Source of the DNA: Candidatus Bathyarchaeota archaeon | GTDB lineage: Archaea > Thermoproteota > Bathyarchaeia > Bathyarchaeales > Bathycorpusculaceae | Length of the DNA stretch: 64,000 nt | Direction: 5' to 3' | Assembly (NCBI GenBank): GCA_963775465.1 | Contig: CAVZIW010000001.1 | Coordinates: forward strand, 366,697 to 430,696 | In this document: positions 51,406 to 61,582 of the stretch, piece after piece | Position numbering within the stretch: the first letter of the stretch is position 1 | Layout: the number at the start of each line of letters is the position of its first letter | The notes under the pieces: model-generated | Seen by the model: the letters and a program-made list of their open reading frames with translations, nothing else | Database searches by the model: none | What the model was told of the DNA's origin: nothing | Position numbers and translations under genes: made by a program

Positions 51406-52142
51406 GCTTTTTTTCCTTCTTTAATGACTTTCACACCGGGAGCTACAAATGTCGAATTTAGTTTTTCACGGTTTCGAGCTAAAATTTTTTCTGGATTTGT
51501 AGAGACTGCGTCAAGAGATTCTTTTTCTCCTAGTCCAAATAATACACCTAGACACGCCATATCACGCGGTTTGCGTAACAATTTCTCTTCGGAAATACCG
51601 CTTGAAATTACGATTGGAACATGATATTTAAGGGCTAACAACACTTCACGGTGAAGTGTCGATAGATGTCTCGTTCTTGGTGGTCCTTCTAAAACTAACA
51701 ATGGTTTGATGTCTATTTCTAACGCTGTTTGGCAATTGCTCGCTAGTTCAGCCTCAGCTCTATCAAAAAATCGCTTACGATAATCTAAGTTCGGAAAATT
51801 GAGTAAGTCGACCCTCCGATCTTTTGCTGCTTGCCGTGAAGTCTCCTTGTTATCGCATTGGATACATATTATTTCGTATTTTCGTCTGTATTTCCGCAAA
51901 AAACGGGTCAAATCTTCTAGGTTTCTTGGTCTTAAATCGATGCGTGAAATGAAATTTACGTTATTTTGGGTTGCTAAAACCTTTAGTTGAATTGCAAAGT
52001 CTTCTCCATTATTAGGCTGCGGAATAGTTGGAATACCAATTTGTTGATACCCAAGTTTTGCAGCTTTAAAAATGACTCGTTGGATTGTTTGCTGATCTTT
52101 TGGATTCAAACGCAGATGAAGATCAAAAAATTGGCGCTTCAT
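51402..52142 (-). CDS. rnp3: RNase P protein Rpp30
   Basis: DLH, AAKDRRVDLL, PIVISSG, LRKPRD; next to pop5. Confidence 0.9.
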   Translation of the reverse strand: MKRQFFDLHLRLNPKDQQTIQRVIFKAAKLGYQQIGIPTIPQPNNGEDFAIQLKVLATQNNVNFISRIDLRPRNLEDLTRFLRKYRRKYEIICIQCDNKETSRQAAKDRRVDLLNFPNLDYRKRFFDRAEAELASNCQTALEIDIKPLLVLEGPPRTRHLSTLHREVLLALKYHVPIVISSGISEEKLLRKPRDMACLGVLFGLGEKESLDAVSTNPEKILARNREKLNSTFVAPGVKVIKEGKKA

Positions 52143-52588
52143 GGCAGAAGTCCTTTTTGCTTAAGAAGCTCGTTAATTTGTTGATAAGTTAAACTTTTGA
52201 AGTGAATTCGTAAATGAATTGGGTCCACTTGAGAGAATTTTATAACACCTTTAAGGGCTGACTGTTTGTCAAATCGGAGATAAAGATTAGTTTTTTCTAT
52301 GTGTAGATGAAGATTTTGGCTTAGTTCTTCTTTGTCTAAGCTGGACAGGTTCTTGCCGATTTTCTCTAAAACCATTGAAAGCGCTTCTTTATCCTGCAAT
52401 TTAGCAGTAAAAAGGATAATGGGGTTTCCATAGTGTCCAGTGCAATTAGCCTTTTGGAGAAGAATAGATTGGGGAGGTTCAGTTGTTGAGAGTAAGTTTT
52501 GGATTGCGTTTTCTACTTTTTCCTGGTCTTCGGTTGCGTGTGCTGATGCTCTGATATCGATGTATGCGATTTGCTGTTTTGACGACAT
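52139..52588 (-). CDS. Predicted RNA-binding protein of the exosome/RNase P gene cluster
   Basis: HATEDQEKV, GHYGNPI, LYLRFDKQ. Confidence 0.88.
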   Translation of the reverse strand: MSSKQQIAYIDIRASAHATEDQEKVENAIQNLLSTTEPPQSILLQKANCTGHYGNPIILFTAKLQDKEALSMVLEKIGKNLSSLDKEELSQNLHLHIEKTNLYLRFDKQSALKGVIKFSQVDPIHLRIHFKSLTYQQINELLKQKGLLP

Positions 52589-52622
52589 TGATCCTCGTTG
52601 TTGTCTTGTGTTATTAGGGTTT

Positions 52623-52823
52623 TTAGCTTTTTGGTTTTGCGTGTTCTTTCAAGCGTTTAACATTGTCGTCATGTATTGACTTTCGTCTTTCATCGACAGG
52701 TAAGCCCATTTGTTTGGCTTTTTGTCTAGATATGCCTGCTTGTTTGATTTCATCTGGGCTGAAACCCTTGCCCAGTTTTTGTTTCCCGTTTTGTTTTGTT
52801 ATAGTCGGTTTTATATGGTGCAT
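52623..52823 (-). CDS. rpl13e: 50S ribosomal protein L13e
   Basis: GKGFS..EI..AG, GLPVDERRKS, NV..LK. Confidence 0.88.
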   Translation of the reverse strand: MHHIKPTITKQNGKQKLGKGFSPDEIKQAGISRQKAKQMGLPVDERRKSIHDDNVKRLKEHAKPKS

Positions 52824-53431
52824 TAATATGGCTTCCTTTGTGATTTAACGCCACTGTGTTTCCTTGCACCTCTTCGGTGACTTGGACGAACTTTTTCCGC
52901 GCCTCTACCTCTGTGATGCAGTCCTCTTACGTTTTTACCTGCACTGGTTAGACTTCTGAAAACGCGGCTTGTGTGTTGTCTTTCTGCTATCCAACCGACA
53001 TCTTTGTCTGTTTTGATAGTTGGTGCGTTTGGATCTACTAGTATGATTTCGAACCATTTATGTCGACCATCTTCTCCGACCCAGTAGCTGTTGAGGACCT
53101 CAAGATTCGGGAAGTGCTTTGCTGTTCTTTCTTCTGCTATAAGTTTAATGCTTTTTCCTGGTTTGAATTTGGCAACACCCATACGTTTAGGGCGTCTGCC
53201 TGATCTTGGTCGGATTTTACGCAACCCGCCTCTGCGGACTTTGGTTCTTGCAACCACGAAGCCCTGTTTGGCTTTGTATCCGAGTTTTCTTGCTCTATCG
53301 AGTCTTGTTGGGTTTTCTATGCGCAGTGTCGATGGCTGTTTTCGCCATTGTACAAGTCGTTGGCGCATTAATTCTTCGACGAAGCTTTTTTCGGGTTGTG
53401 CCCATTCTTCGGCGATGTATTTATATGCCAT
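52823..53431 (-). CDS. rpl15e: 50S ribosomal protein L15e
   Basis: [41 protein letters not shown]. Confidence 0.97.
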   Translation of the reverse strand: MAYKYIAEEWAQPEKSFVEELMRQRLVQWRKQPSTLRIENPTRLDRARKLGYKAKQGFVVARTKVRRGGLRKIRPRSGRRPKRMGVAKFKPGKSIKLIAEERTAKHFPNLEVLNSYWVGEDGRHKWFEIILVDPNAPTIKTDKDVGWIAERQHTSRVFRSLTSAGKNVRGLHHRGRGAEKVRPSHRRGARKHSGVKSQRKPY

Positions 53432-53460
53432 TTTTGTTTGTCTCCTTTAGTTTTTTTGCT

Positions 53461-53510
53461 TACGGTTCAGTCCCAAAGGGACCACATCCCAACGGACAAG
53501 ATTGTCCGCC
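53461..53510 (-). ncRNA. Candidate structured 5' leader of rpl15e (eL15 ribosomal leader-like)
   Basis: Hairpins CGGACAA/TTGTCCG and GTCCC/GGGAC within GGGATGTG...CTGAACC, about 30 nt before ATG. Confidence 0.55.
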
Positions 53511-53678
53511 TGCAATTTCACATCAAACGTGCAAAGAGTAAAATAAACCTTTTCTATTGGACAAGCATTCTTAAGGTTAATATTCTTAACAATTTATTTG
53601 AAGTTCATGTTACTCTAATTCAAAAAAGCTTTCAATATAAAAGGAAAGATATTTTTTACTAAGAATCACACATTTTCT

Positions 53679-54554
53679 TTATTTCCTGAGTTGAACTTGA
53701 TTTTCAAGGCCAATACGTTTTATTTCTACGACCTCTAACCCTTCAAGCCGTCTAACAAGTCGCCAAAGACTCGTCCTAGGCATATCAGGAAAATGCTGAC
53801 GAATCTCAGCTTCAAATGCTTTTCCGTCTTTCTCAACCAAGAACTCCAAAACCCCTATTTCATCTTTTGTTAGATTGGGATTTCTTTTAAGCGTTTTTTT
53901 AATATTGATTCTTCTTTTTCTAATAAGAAATAGCGACAATATGGAAATAACAAATGTACCCAATATTCCTGCTATGACATACTGCACAATACCTTCAGAG
54001 TTAATTATAACTGGAGTTTGATTCTCTTGCTGAAGAGGCAAAATGTAACTTACCTCCCATGCAGCAGGATCCAGTGTTAGTGTTAAATCGTCTCCAGATG
54101 TATCGATTATTCTTGGAACCCCATTTAGGTAAATTATAGTTGAATTCTGAGGTAATCGAATTTCGATATCATATGGGCTATTTACAATTAAGGTCCAAAC
54201 ATCCGCATTCTTATTTGTTAATTCATTCGTATCGTATTCCAAAGTAAGAGCGGAAGCTCCAAATGTAAAAACTATTAAGCGAGTGGCATTAATTTGATAA
54301 TCAACAGGTTTTTTGTCTTGGTCAATAATCAATACATTTTCGATTGCTGTACCCAAGAGAGGAATTTGAATATCAGCCGCAAATTCATCCACACTAAAGG
54401 TTTGTTTAATATGGGCTATTCCGTCTCTATAAACCTCGATTGTCGATTCTTCAATGTAAAAGGCTGATTGACCATCAGCACTCGGAGTACAGAGTAACGG
54501 AAAAAGTAGGAAGATTAACCCCATAATCTTAATGCTGTTTCTGCAATGTCTCAT
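53679..54554 (-). CDS. Membrane-anchored protein with extracellular beta domain and C-terminal winged HTH
   Basis: Signal peptide, TM helix, then DEIGVLEFL...PRTSLWRLVRRLE. Confidence 0.82.
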   Translation of the reverse strand: MRHCRNSIKIMGLIFLLFPLLCTPSADGQSAFYIEESTIEVYRDGIAHIKQTFSVDEFAADIQIPLLGTAIENVLIIDQDKKPVDYQINATRLIVFTFGASALTLEYDTNELTNKNADVWTLIVNSPYDIEIRLPQNSTIIYLNGVPRIIDTSGDDLTLTLDPAAWEVSYILPLQQENQTPVIINSEGIVQYVIAGILGTFVISILSLFLIRKRRINIKKTLKRNPNLTKDEIGVLEFLVEKDGKAFEAEIRQHFPDMPRTSLWRLVRRLEGLEVVEIKRIGLENQVQLRK

Positions 54555-54701
54555 CAGGTTTCATATTTAATTTGTTGCTTCTCTTTTAAGATTTTATGTA
54601 TTACAAATATTAACTAAGCAAAGTTTGGAACTATTTTGGAATGCTTGTTTCAAAGTGTCCCTTAAGTTAATCGAATCATATATTGTCACTGATGATTCAA
54701 T

Positions 54702-55544
54702 ATGACCAAAACCAAAAAAATTAATAAAATAACTGTTGGTTTTATAGCGGTTTTACTGATAGCCTCTTTGGCAACATTAGCTAGCGCCCAAGATTCCCCG
54801 ACAATTGGAATTAGCCCCACAATTTCTGGGGGATCCCCAACCGATAATTCAACGCAGGCAGTTGCCACTTACCAACAAAATAAAACTGAGATAGTTCCAG
54901 GAGCCCCAGAAAACGCATATACGTACAATAAAACCGACGTTATACCTAAAAACCAAATGGAACAGGTAAAAGCTGGCGAACCAACAATTTTCCAATACAG
55001 AAACATGACAATGCTCATGAATTGCACGGGCAACTGCAATGTCATATTTAGCGGAAACTCAGAAGTTACACCTAAAATTCTGGGCATCTCAATCGAACAC
55101 GATCAAAACATGACACTTACAATGAATATGTACAACTCCCCTCTTGAAGGACAAAAAGTTGCTGAGCGAACTCTAAACTTCTACTTAGGCATTGAACCAA
55201 GTGCCCAACAACAATTGAAGGGTCAAATTAGACTATACATAAACCAAACAGAACTAAACAGCGAACTTGAAAGAGAAGTCAACGCTTCTAAGTTAACCTG
55301 GATGTTTTACAACACCACAGCTGCCAAATGGCAAGCAGTTCCAAGTTTCATAGATGCTAACGGATACTTAGTATGTAACACCGACCACTTCTCAACTTGG
55401 ACCGTGGCAGAATTGGTCCAAACTGATGCTGAAAATCCCACTCAAACTAACCTTAACGTCAACTATTTCATTGCTGGCATTTTTGCTATAACAATAATTG
55501 TAGGCATAACAGTTAGCATTACATTATTCAAGAGAAGAAAGTAA
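54702..55544 (+). CDS. Secreted, C-terminally anchored surface protein
   Basis: Signal peptide, TDHFSTWTV, C-terminal TM plus KRRK. Confidence 0.8.
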   Translation: MTKTKKINKITVGFIAVLLIASLATLASAQDSPTIGISPTISGGSPTDNSTQAVATYQQNKTEIVPGAPENAYTYNKTDVIPKNQMEQVKAGEPTIFQYRNMTMLMNCTGNCNVIFSGNSEVTPKILGISIEHDQNMTLTMNMYNSPLEGQKVAERTLNFYLGIEPSAQQQLKGQIRLYINQTELNSELEREVNASKLTWMFYNTTAAKWQAVPSFIDANGYLVCNTDHFSTWTVAELVQTDAENPTQTNLNVNYFIAGIFAITIIVGITVSITLFKRRK

Positions 55545-55915
55545 GAAACAGCACTCTTCTCACCTTTTTTATTATTTTCCACGAAAAATAGTCTTTTTGG
55601 ATGCTTAGATTTTAAAAGCTCGTTCCAAAGTATCCCTTAACTATCCAGGAAACATTAAAGGTAATGTAGTGTGTATAAACATGAAATTAGGCAAATTTGA
55701 AATTACAGTAATTCTAACAATTTTGCTTTCAATAATTCCATTTTTACTCTTTGCACAATGACAAAGTTGTATACGCTATCATTCCTCAATATCTTTGGAA
55801 GAAGCAGTGCTTGCAAATGAGAGATTAATTATTTACTTTACTCAATTTGACTTTTAAAATAGAACCTCAGAGTCTACCAAACGAGAGAAGTCCGCTTATT
55901 GCAATATTAGAAAAA

Positions 55916-56302
55916 TTAGGGTTTGTTGACTCGCGGGATAGTACAAACCTGAGGTCTAATGGTTAAGCTTGATTTTTCAGTGGTTGCCAATTCATAGTGT
56001 AACGTATTCTTTATCGCTTTTTTTGGACAACTGTCTGAGCATTGATAACAGAAGAGACATTTGTCAAGACTAAATTCAGGATTCTTCTTTCCTTCAACTT
56101 CAATCATTGTTATTGCTCTGGATGGACACTCTTTGCTGCATATGCCGCAACCGATGCAAAGATTTACATCAAATATCGGTTGACCACGGAAGTTATTGCT
56201 CAAATTTCGGGGGACATAAGGATACTGGGTTGTCGCGGGCTTACAAAATGTATTAGAAAATGCTCGCCTTATTATGGAGGGCACACGAGGTTTTTTAATC
56301 AT
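55916..56302 (-). CDS. NuoI/EchF-like 2x[4Fe-4S] ferredoxin subunit
   Basis: T.QYP, FRG.P, CIGCGICSKECP, CLFCYQCSDSCP. Confidence 0.88.
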   Translation of the reverse strand: MIKKPRVPSIIRRAFSNTFCKPATTQYPYVPRNLSNNFRGQPIFDVNLCIGCGICSKECPSRAITMIEVEGKKNPEFSLDKCLFCYQCSDSCPKKAIKNTLHYELATTEKSSLTIRPQVCTIPRVNKP

Positions 56303-56810
56303 ATTAATATTTCACCATTGGTTGGATAGCAAAAACAATGGTCAAACCGTTTATGTCTGTTTCAAGCGTCTCGTAATTGGCGAGGAAGAAGTTTTAGCTA
56401 TTTAACAGTTTTACTGGCGAAATTCGATTGTTTTCCTTCGTGTTTTTTGCTTGAACTGTTTTTGCCACACGCACTATATAACGTCGTTAAGCTTTTAATA
56501 GTTGTGGTAAACAAGTTAATCGCGTGATTTAGCGACATTTGAAGGTCGGAGTAAGAGTCTGTGTCAACTATCAATTTAATTACATTTACTGGATAACTGT
56601 TTGGACCTAATGTTGAGTTACCTATGGCTTGGTTAGTTCGGTTTGAACACTGATGTTCGAGAGGTTGGAGAAGGCAATATTGAAAATAATTGGCGATTAA
56701 ACTTTCTGTAATTGCAGAAAACGCAAATTATTAATTATTCCAAAAATACACCCAATTTTCCAAGATAATTTTCCTATATATCAACGTGCATCAAACATTT
56801 ATTATTTTGA

Positions 56811-57701
56811 TCACAGCAAAAAGCCAGAAGCTAAACCCAAACCCAGCCCCAACATAATTGGGAATGGCAATCCAGGAAAGATACCTTTCTTTTCAAGCAT
56901 ATAAAATGTTATTACAGAACCCACCAAGATACCCACAACTGCCATTACGGTCGGGCGATAATCAGGTAAAAAGCTGAAGAATAAAGTACCTATCAACATT
57001 GAATAAAACACTAAGTCGCCCAAGCCCATCTGAATATCCTTAAACGAAAAACTGAGTCCCTGTAATTGGTCTAATCCTGACTGGGCAATTTTTCCCACAG
57101 GCCCCTTGTAAACCGCAATAACGTCGTAAACAGCCAAAAAGGCCAATATAGCAATTGCACTAAAGAGAGGAATAGAGAAACCAAAAAATATGCCTAATGC
57201 TCCGCCGACGCAGACGACAGCTACATTGCGAGCAATACTACCTAATCGAAAGATTGCAAAATCAAATAGTACAGTAATGAATATTGTTGATGCAATCAAA
57301 ATGTAGAAATCATAGTCGCTTGGAAAGTAAGACAGCAAAGCCGAGATGTACACCAAAGACAACAATAAAGACGCAGTTGTCAAAGCAACCACTATTAGGG
57401 CTTTAATGACGTTTTTGCTGCGGCGCTTAATCAGAAAATAGAACATAGTTGCGGCAACAGCGAGCAAAACGACAAAGTACAAGGCGTTTCCAATAGGGGC
57501 ACCTGGAGTGGACTCAGGAATTGGAGTGACAGGAATAGCCCCAGATTGCTGAGGAACAAGCAAATATGCACATCCTAAACCAAAAAGCATACTCGCCATT
57601 ATTGGAAGTAAATACACGAATTGGAACTTGAACTTATCTTCTTCAGGTTTACTCTGAGTTGGCACTTCTTGCTTTTGTGTTATTGGAGGTTGTTGAGTCA
57701 C
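56811..57701 (-). CDS. Presenilin-family GXGD intramembrane aspartyl protease
   Basis: YDVIAVYKGP, MGLGDLVFYS, PGLP; about 9 TM. Confidence 0.88.
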   Translation of the reverse strand: MTQQPPITQKQEVPTQSKPEEDKFKFQFVYLLPIMASMLFGLGCAYLLVPQQSGAIPVTPIPESTPGAPIGNALYFVVLLAVAATMFYFLIKRRSKNVIKALIVVALTTASLLLSLVYISALLSYFPSDYDFYILIASTIFITVLFDFAIFRLGSIARNVAVVCVGGALGIFFGFSIPLFSAIAILAFLAVYDVIAVYKGPVGKIAQSGLDQLQGLSFSFKDIQMGLGDLVFYSMLIGTLFFSFLPDYRPTVMAVVGILVGSVITFYMLEKKGIFPGLPFPIMLGLGLGLASGFLL

Positions 57702-57804
57702 GGCAATTACCTTATTTTCCCAATAGCTATTGAGACTTGTAAGTAGAATTGGTTATAGAATAAGTTTTGTTTTTTTATCGAAAACTCCAATTCTCAATTT
57801 GCAG

Positions 57805-59061
57805 CTATATCTGGAAGCTTTCTCCAGTACGTGGAGCCACTGCATCCAAACCTAACTCACTATGAGCCCAATTAGCTAACAATTCACAATTACCTTCAGC
57901 GCCATGAACAACAAATACCTTCGGATGGTCACCCACTTTTCGCAAAGCGTCTTTTAATTGGCTTGCACCACAATGAGAAGAGAAATCAAAATGCTGAAAG
58001 TGCGCTTTTATTTTTCGAACTTTACCATCAATGGTAGCGACACCCTTTTCCATCAATTGTCTGCCAGGAGTTCCAGGAATCTGATAACTAACAAGGAAAA
58101 TGGCGTTGTTAGTTTTTTTACCTACTTTCGAAAGGTAAAATTGCGATGGCCCGCCTTTGAGCATGCCTGCTGGCGAGACTATTACTGCGGGATCCTTAAG
58201 TGCTCTTCGTCTATCTTGCCAACCCTCTACCCAATCTACTGAATGCATGGCGTTAACGTACATTTTGGGATCTCGTAAGAATTCCTTGTTATTCATGATT
58301 ATTCGGCTGGCTGCACGTGCCATACCATCTAAGATTATGGGATATTCGAAATGATTAGCGGCCAGAACGCAAGTAATCTCTTGAGCGCGCCCAACTCCGA
58401 ATGCAGGAATCAAAACAGTCCCGCCTCGATCCACAATGTCCGTAGCAGCTTCAACGAAACTCTTCTCTAATTCAGGTCTAAGTGTGTGATCTTCGTTGGC
58501 GTAAGTACTTTCAATTACTATGGCATCTAAGTCCTTATAATCCATAGTTGCGCCAGATAGGAGTTTACTATCTTCCATGTTGAAATCTCCAGTATAGAGG
58601 ATTTTTTTACCTTCTGCTTCAATTAAGACTTGGGCGCTACCAGGGGTATGTCCAGCGTTGAAGAGTTGAAGTTTCATGTCCCCGATTTGGGCTTCATCAC
58701 CAAAATTCAAATGTTTGCTGTTTTGCATCATCGATTGAAGTTCAAGGTACTCAAAGGGCAAATAATAGCTGGATAAGTGGATAAAATCTTGAATTAGAAC
58801 TTGAGTTAATTCCAAGTTGAGTCGATTTGTGTAGAGGGGTTTTTTGTCGTTAATATAAAAAATGGGTAAAGCACCCGAATGGTCCAAATGGCTGTGAGTC
58901 AAAATAACTGCGTCAACATCTTTAGGTGGCACATGCATAGGGAACCCAGGTTGACGGTCAAGCATAACACCGTAATCTATAACAACCTTACTTTTCTCGG
59001 ACTTCAGATAGATACCCATTCTGCCAACTTCTCTTGCTCCGCCCAAAAAACCAACTTGCAA
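57805..59061 (-). CDS. Metallo-beta-lactamase beta-CASP ribonuclease (no KH domains)
   Basis: GGAREVGR, THSHLDHSG, GHTPGS, ESTY, GRAQE, FSSH, VHG. Confidence 0.92.
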   Translation of the reverse strand: MQVGFLGGAREVGRMGIYLKSEKSKVVIDYGVMLDRQPGFPMHVPPKDVDAVILTHSHLDHSGALPIFYINDKKPLYTNRLNLELTQVLIQDFIHLSSYYLPFEYLELQSMMQNSKHLNFGDEAQIGDMKLQLFNAGHTPGSAQVLIEAEGKKILYTGDFNMEDSKLLSGATMDYKDLDAIVIESTYANEDHTLRPELEKSFVEAATDIVDRGGTVLIPAFGVGRAQEITCVLAANHFEYPIILDGMARAASRIIMNNKEFLRDPKMYVNAMHSVDWVEGWQDRRRALKDPAVIVSPAGMLKGGPSQFYLSKVGKKTNNAIFLVSYQIPGTPGRQLMEKGVATIDGKVRKIKAHFQHFDFSSHCGASQLKDALRKVGDHPKVFVVHGAEGNCELLANWAHSELGLDAVAPRTGESFQI

Positions 59062-59229
59062 TTCAAAATCAGTCCATTTTTGTATACTTAACGAGTAAAA
59101 AGGAACTATGCTGTTTTAAAAATGTTGGGATGCAAAGTCTGCAAGTTTCTTCTGGAAACTGTTGCTTAAACACGTATAGGTGATACTAAATAGCAAGGGC
59201 AATTCAATTATCTATTTTACTAAAATAAC

Positions 59230-59832
59230 CTAATGTTTTGTCCCACGGGTCACTTGAGCAGTCACTTGACCTTTTTTTATTGATTGTAAAATCGAATCAA
59301 CATTTAGAGATGCATTGACCTTATTGAACACGCTAAAAAGCTCCGAAATATTGTGTGCGTCACTTCCAGCAGTTCCAGGTAACCCTAAACTTCGTGCAAG
59401 GATCTTGGCCTGAGCATTCGCGTCGGAACTTGATCCGCCGTTTTGAACCTCGATGGCATCCAATTTGTAGTTATATGCATTTTTGCCTAGGCCATACATT
59501 CGAAATGGATGAGCCGCGACAGAAACACCGTCTATGGATTTAGCGAAATCAACAACTATTTCTGGCGTCCACGGTTTTGGCGGCAACTCATCGGTCCCCA
59601 AAACCAACACGTCACCTTGTGTAGTACTGATTTCCACACCTGGAATAATTAGGATATCCGGGTAAGCTGAAGCTAACTCAATTGTAGCTCGACAACCGCG
59701 AACGCTATCATGATCTGTTACCGCTGCTACTTTAATGAAACTATGCGATACAAGCAGGTCTATGAGTGTTTTTGGTTGAATAACCGCGTCCGCAGAATAA
59801 ATTGTATGGATGTGCAAGTCGGCATTAATCAA
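59230..59832 (-). CDS. PHP domain protein
   Basis: DLHIHT.YS.D, TDHD, GVEIS, AHP, GSDAH. Confidence 0.9.
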   Translation of the reverse strand: MINADLHIHTIYSADAVIQPKTLIDLLVSHSFIKVAAVTDHDSVRGCRATIELASAYPDILIIPGVEISTTQGDVLVLGTDELPPKPWTPEIVVDFAKSIDGVSVAAHPFRMYGLGKNAYNYKLDAIEVQNGGSSSDANAQAKILARSLGLPGTAGSDAHNISELFSVFNKVNASLNVDSILQSIKKGQVTAQVTRGTKH

Positions 59833-61460
59833 GGTTTTTCGCTCAACTGTTTCCGCAAAATGTTCTCTAAACGAGTTAAAATCTTTTTGCCCTCCTCTGC
59901 GACAGCATCGACAGAGTCAAATGTGAGTTTTTGTGTCTTGCAAACTTGCTTGCAGGCATTTTTTATGATGTCCTGCCAGAGTTTAGGATCGTTTAGCAGT
60001 ACAACCCCTTGATAATTGGAGCGAGTTATGTATTCAGCGGTTTGTTTGGCCACGTAATCAACGGTTTCAATGTCAAACGGTGATGCAGTCTCATGCTGTG
60101 ATAGCGGGTAAACTTCATCAAGTTCTAATGGAACTACGCCAAAAGGAGCGCAATAAACACAAATATGAATTTGAACTGCTAATTGGTTCCCTAATTTTCG
60201 GAGCAAATGACGGATTTTTTTAAATTCGGGTGCTTTGTGGAAGGGTTTGTTTCGGGTTTGAGGAACCAAGAAAAGCACCTTCGAATTCTCTGGCGGGTTG
60301 TATCGTTCGCCGAGATTCTTTCGGTAATGGGTGATTTCTGGTCTTGCGAGCCCCACGGAGTCAAAGTAGAAAAAGCCTTTGCTTTTCATAGTTGGACTGA
60401 ACTTTTCAAGGAAGTCTTCAGTGCTACGGACATGTTTTAAAGCCGAAAGCAATGCTGGGTGGGCGTGAAGACGCATTTCGGTGTGTTCCCAAAGTCTGCC
60501 GTCATGGATAGCTTGTTTTATTCGTCGCAATTCGGCCAAGCAAACGTGTAAATTATGTTCGGCGAGGAATACTTCGCGTTCCTTGGGTGTTTTCTGTTCT
60601 AATCCTCTTGGCGTTTCAGTTGAGCATCTGGGGCAACTACATGGGAAATAATCCAGTTCTTTCAGGCGCCATGTGCCGTTTTCGGTCATGTAACGGTTTT
60701 CCCGGGCATACAAAGCGTATGCAGCCGAATCAAAAAGATCACATCCCAAAGAGACAGCCAAAGCGAACATTGAGGGGTGACCAGCTCCAAACAGATGCAT
60801 TGGACGTTGAGCTGGAATTCCTTTTTTGGCAGTTAATATCATGTCAGCTAAAACGTCGTAGCGATAGTTTTCCATAACTTCGGTTGGGCTGCCAAGAGCG
60901 TGAATTTGAAAGGGTAGTTTGCCCATTTCAACCGCTGAAGCCGCTACTAGATCTAAATGCCTCCCGCCCTGAACGGGTCCAACCCACAAGATGTCATCCC
61001 GGGTTCTTTCCTTGAAGAAGGCTTTTGCTCTCCGAAGTGTTTCTGCCACTGTTACATCTGCTTGCTCTCGTGTAACTTTCCACCCTGTTGGAATGTCTAA
61101 AATTGTAGCGATGTCACTTCCGATATTTTCCTGGTAGGCCACTATTTCTTTTTGGGTAACATCGATATCCCCGTAAACGAGAATTTGGTAGGCCCCTGAA
61201 TCGGTCATTACTGCCCCATCATAATCCAAAAAATTGTGTATACCCATTTCAATGGGTTTGTTGGAATACCGTTTTTTGATTATGTAGGAGTTTGTGATTA
61301 CTGCTTGAACCCTAAAGACTTCCTTGAGACGTTTGGGCGGTATAGGCTGGATACTGGGATTGATAACTGGGAAAAGAAGCGGCGTTTCCACTGTAACTGT
61401 TTTAGTTTTTAATTTTCCGATTCGGCCAAGCAAGTCTTTTTCTTTAATTTCAAAGCTCAA
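59829..61460 (-). CDS. tgtA: Archaeosine tRNA-guanine(15) transglycosylase
   Basis: ETPLLFPVINP, MTDSGAYQ, HLFGAGHP, DLFDSAAY, CSCPRC...HNL. Confidence 0.93.
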   Translation of the reverse strand: MSFEIKEKDLLGRIGKLKTKTVTVETPLLFPVINPSIQPIPPKRLKEVFRVQAVITNSYIIKKRYSNKPIEMGIHNFLDYDGAVMTDSGAYQILVYGDIDVTQKEIVAYQENIGSDIATILDIPTGWKVTREQADVTVAETLRRAKAFFKERTRDDILWVGPVQGGRHLDLVAASAVEMGKLPFQIHALGSPTEVMENYRYDVLADMILTAKKGIPAQRPMHLFGAGHPSMFALAVSLGCDLFDSAAYALYARENRYMTENGTWRLKELDYFPCSCPRCSTETPRGLEQKTPKEREVFLAEHNLHVCLAELRRIKQAIHDGRLWEHTEMRLHAHPALLSALKHVRSTEDFLEKFSPTMKSKGFFYFDSVGLARPEITHYRKNLGERYNPPENSKVLFLVPQTRNKPFHKAPEFKKIRHLLRKLGNQLAVQIHICVYCAPFGVVPLELDEVYPLSQHETASPFDIETVDYVAKQTAEYITRSNYQGVVLLNDPKLWQDIIKNACKQVCKTQKLTFDSVDAVAEEGKKILTRLENILRKQLSEKP

Positions 61461-61582
61461 GTATAAAGCCTAAACAAGAAACAACGTTCAATTATAAAAA
61501 ACATTAGCATCTTGATCTCAATCATTCGGTTTTCTAAATTAGGCATCCTTATATGACAATGATCCCCTAATACCCCACAGAA

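Noticed and set aside
56620-56680. tRNA-like 5' fragment (ggcttggttagttcggtttgaacac)
   Set aside because: No cloverleaf or acceptor stem could be built.
56811-57701. Prepilin peptidase (PibD/FlaK) for the pilus locus
   Set aside because: Motifs (YD, GLGD, PGLP) are presenilin-type A22, not A24.
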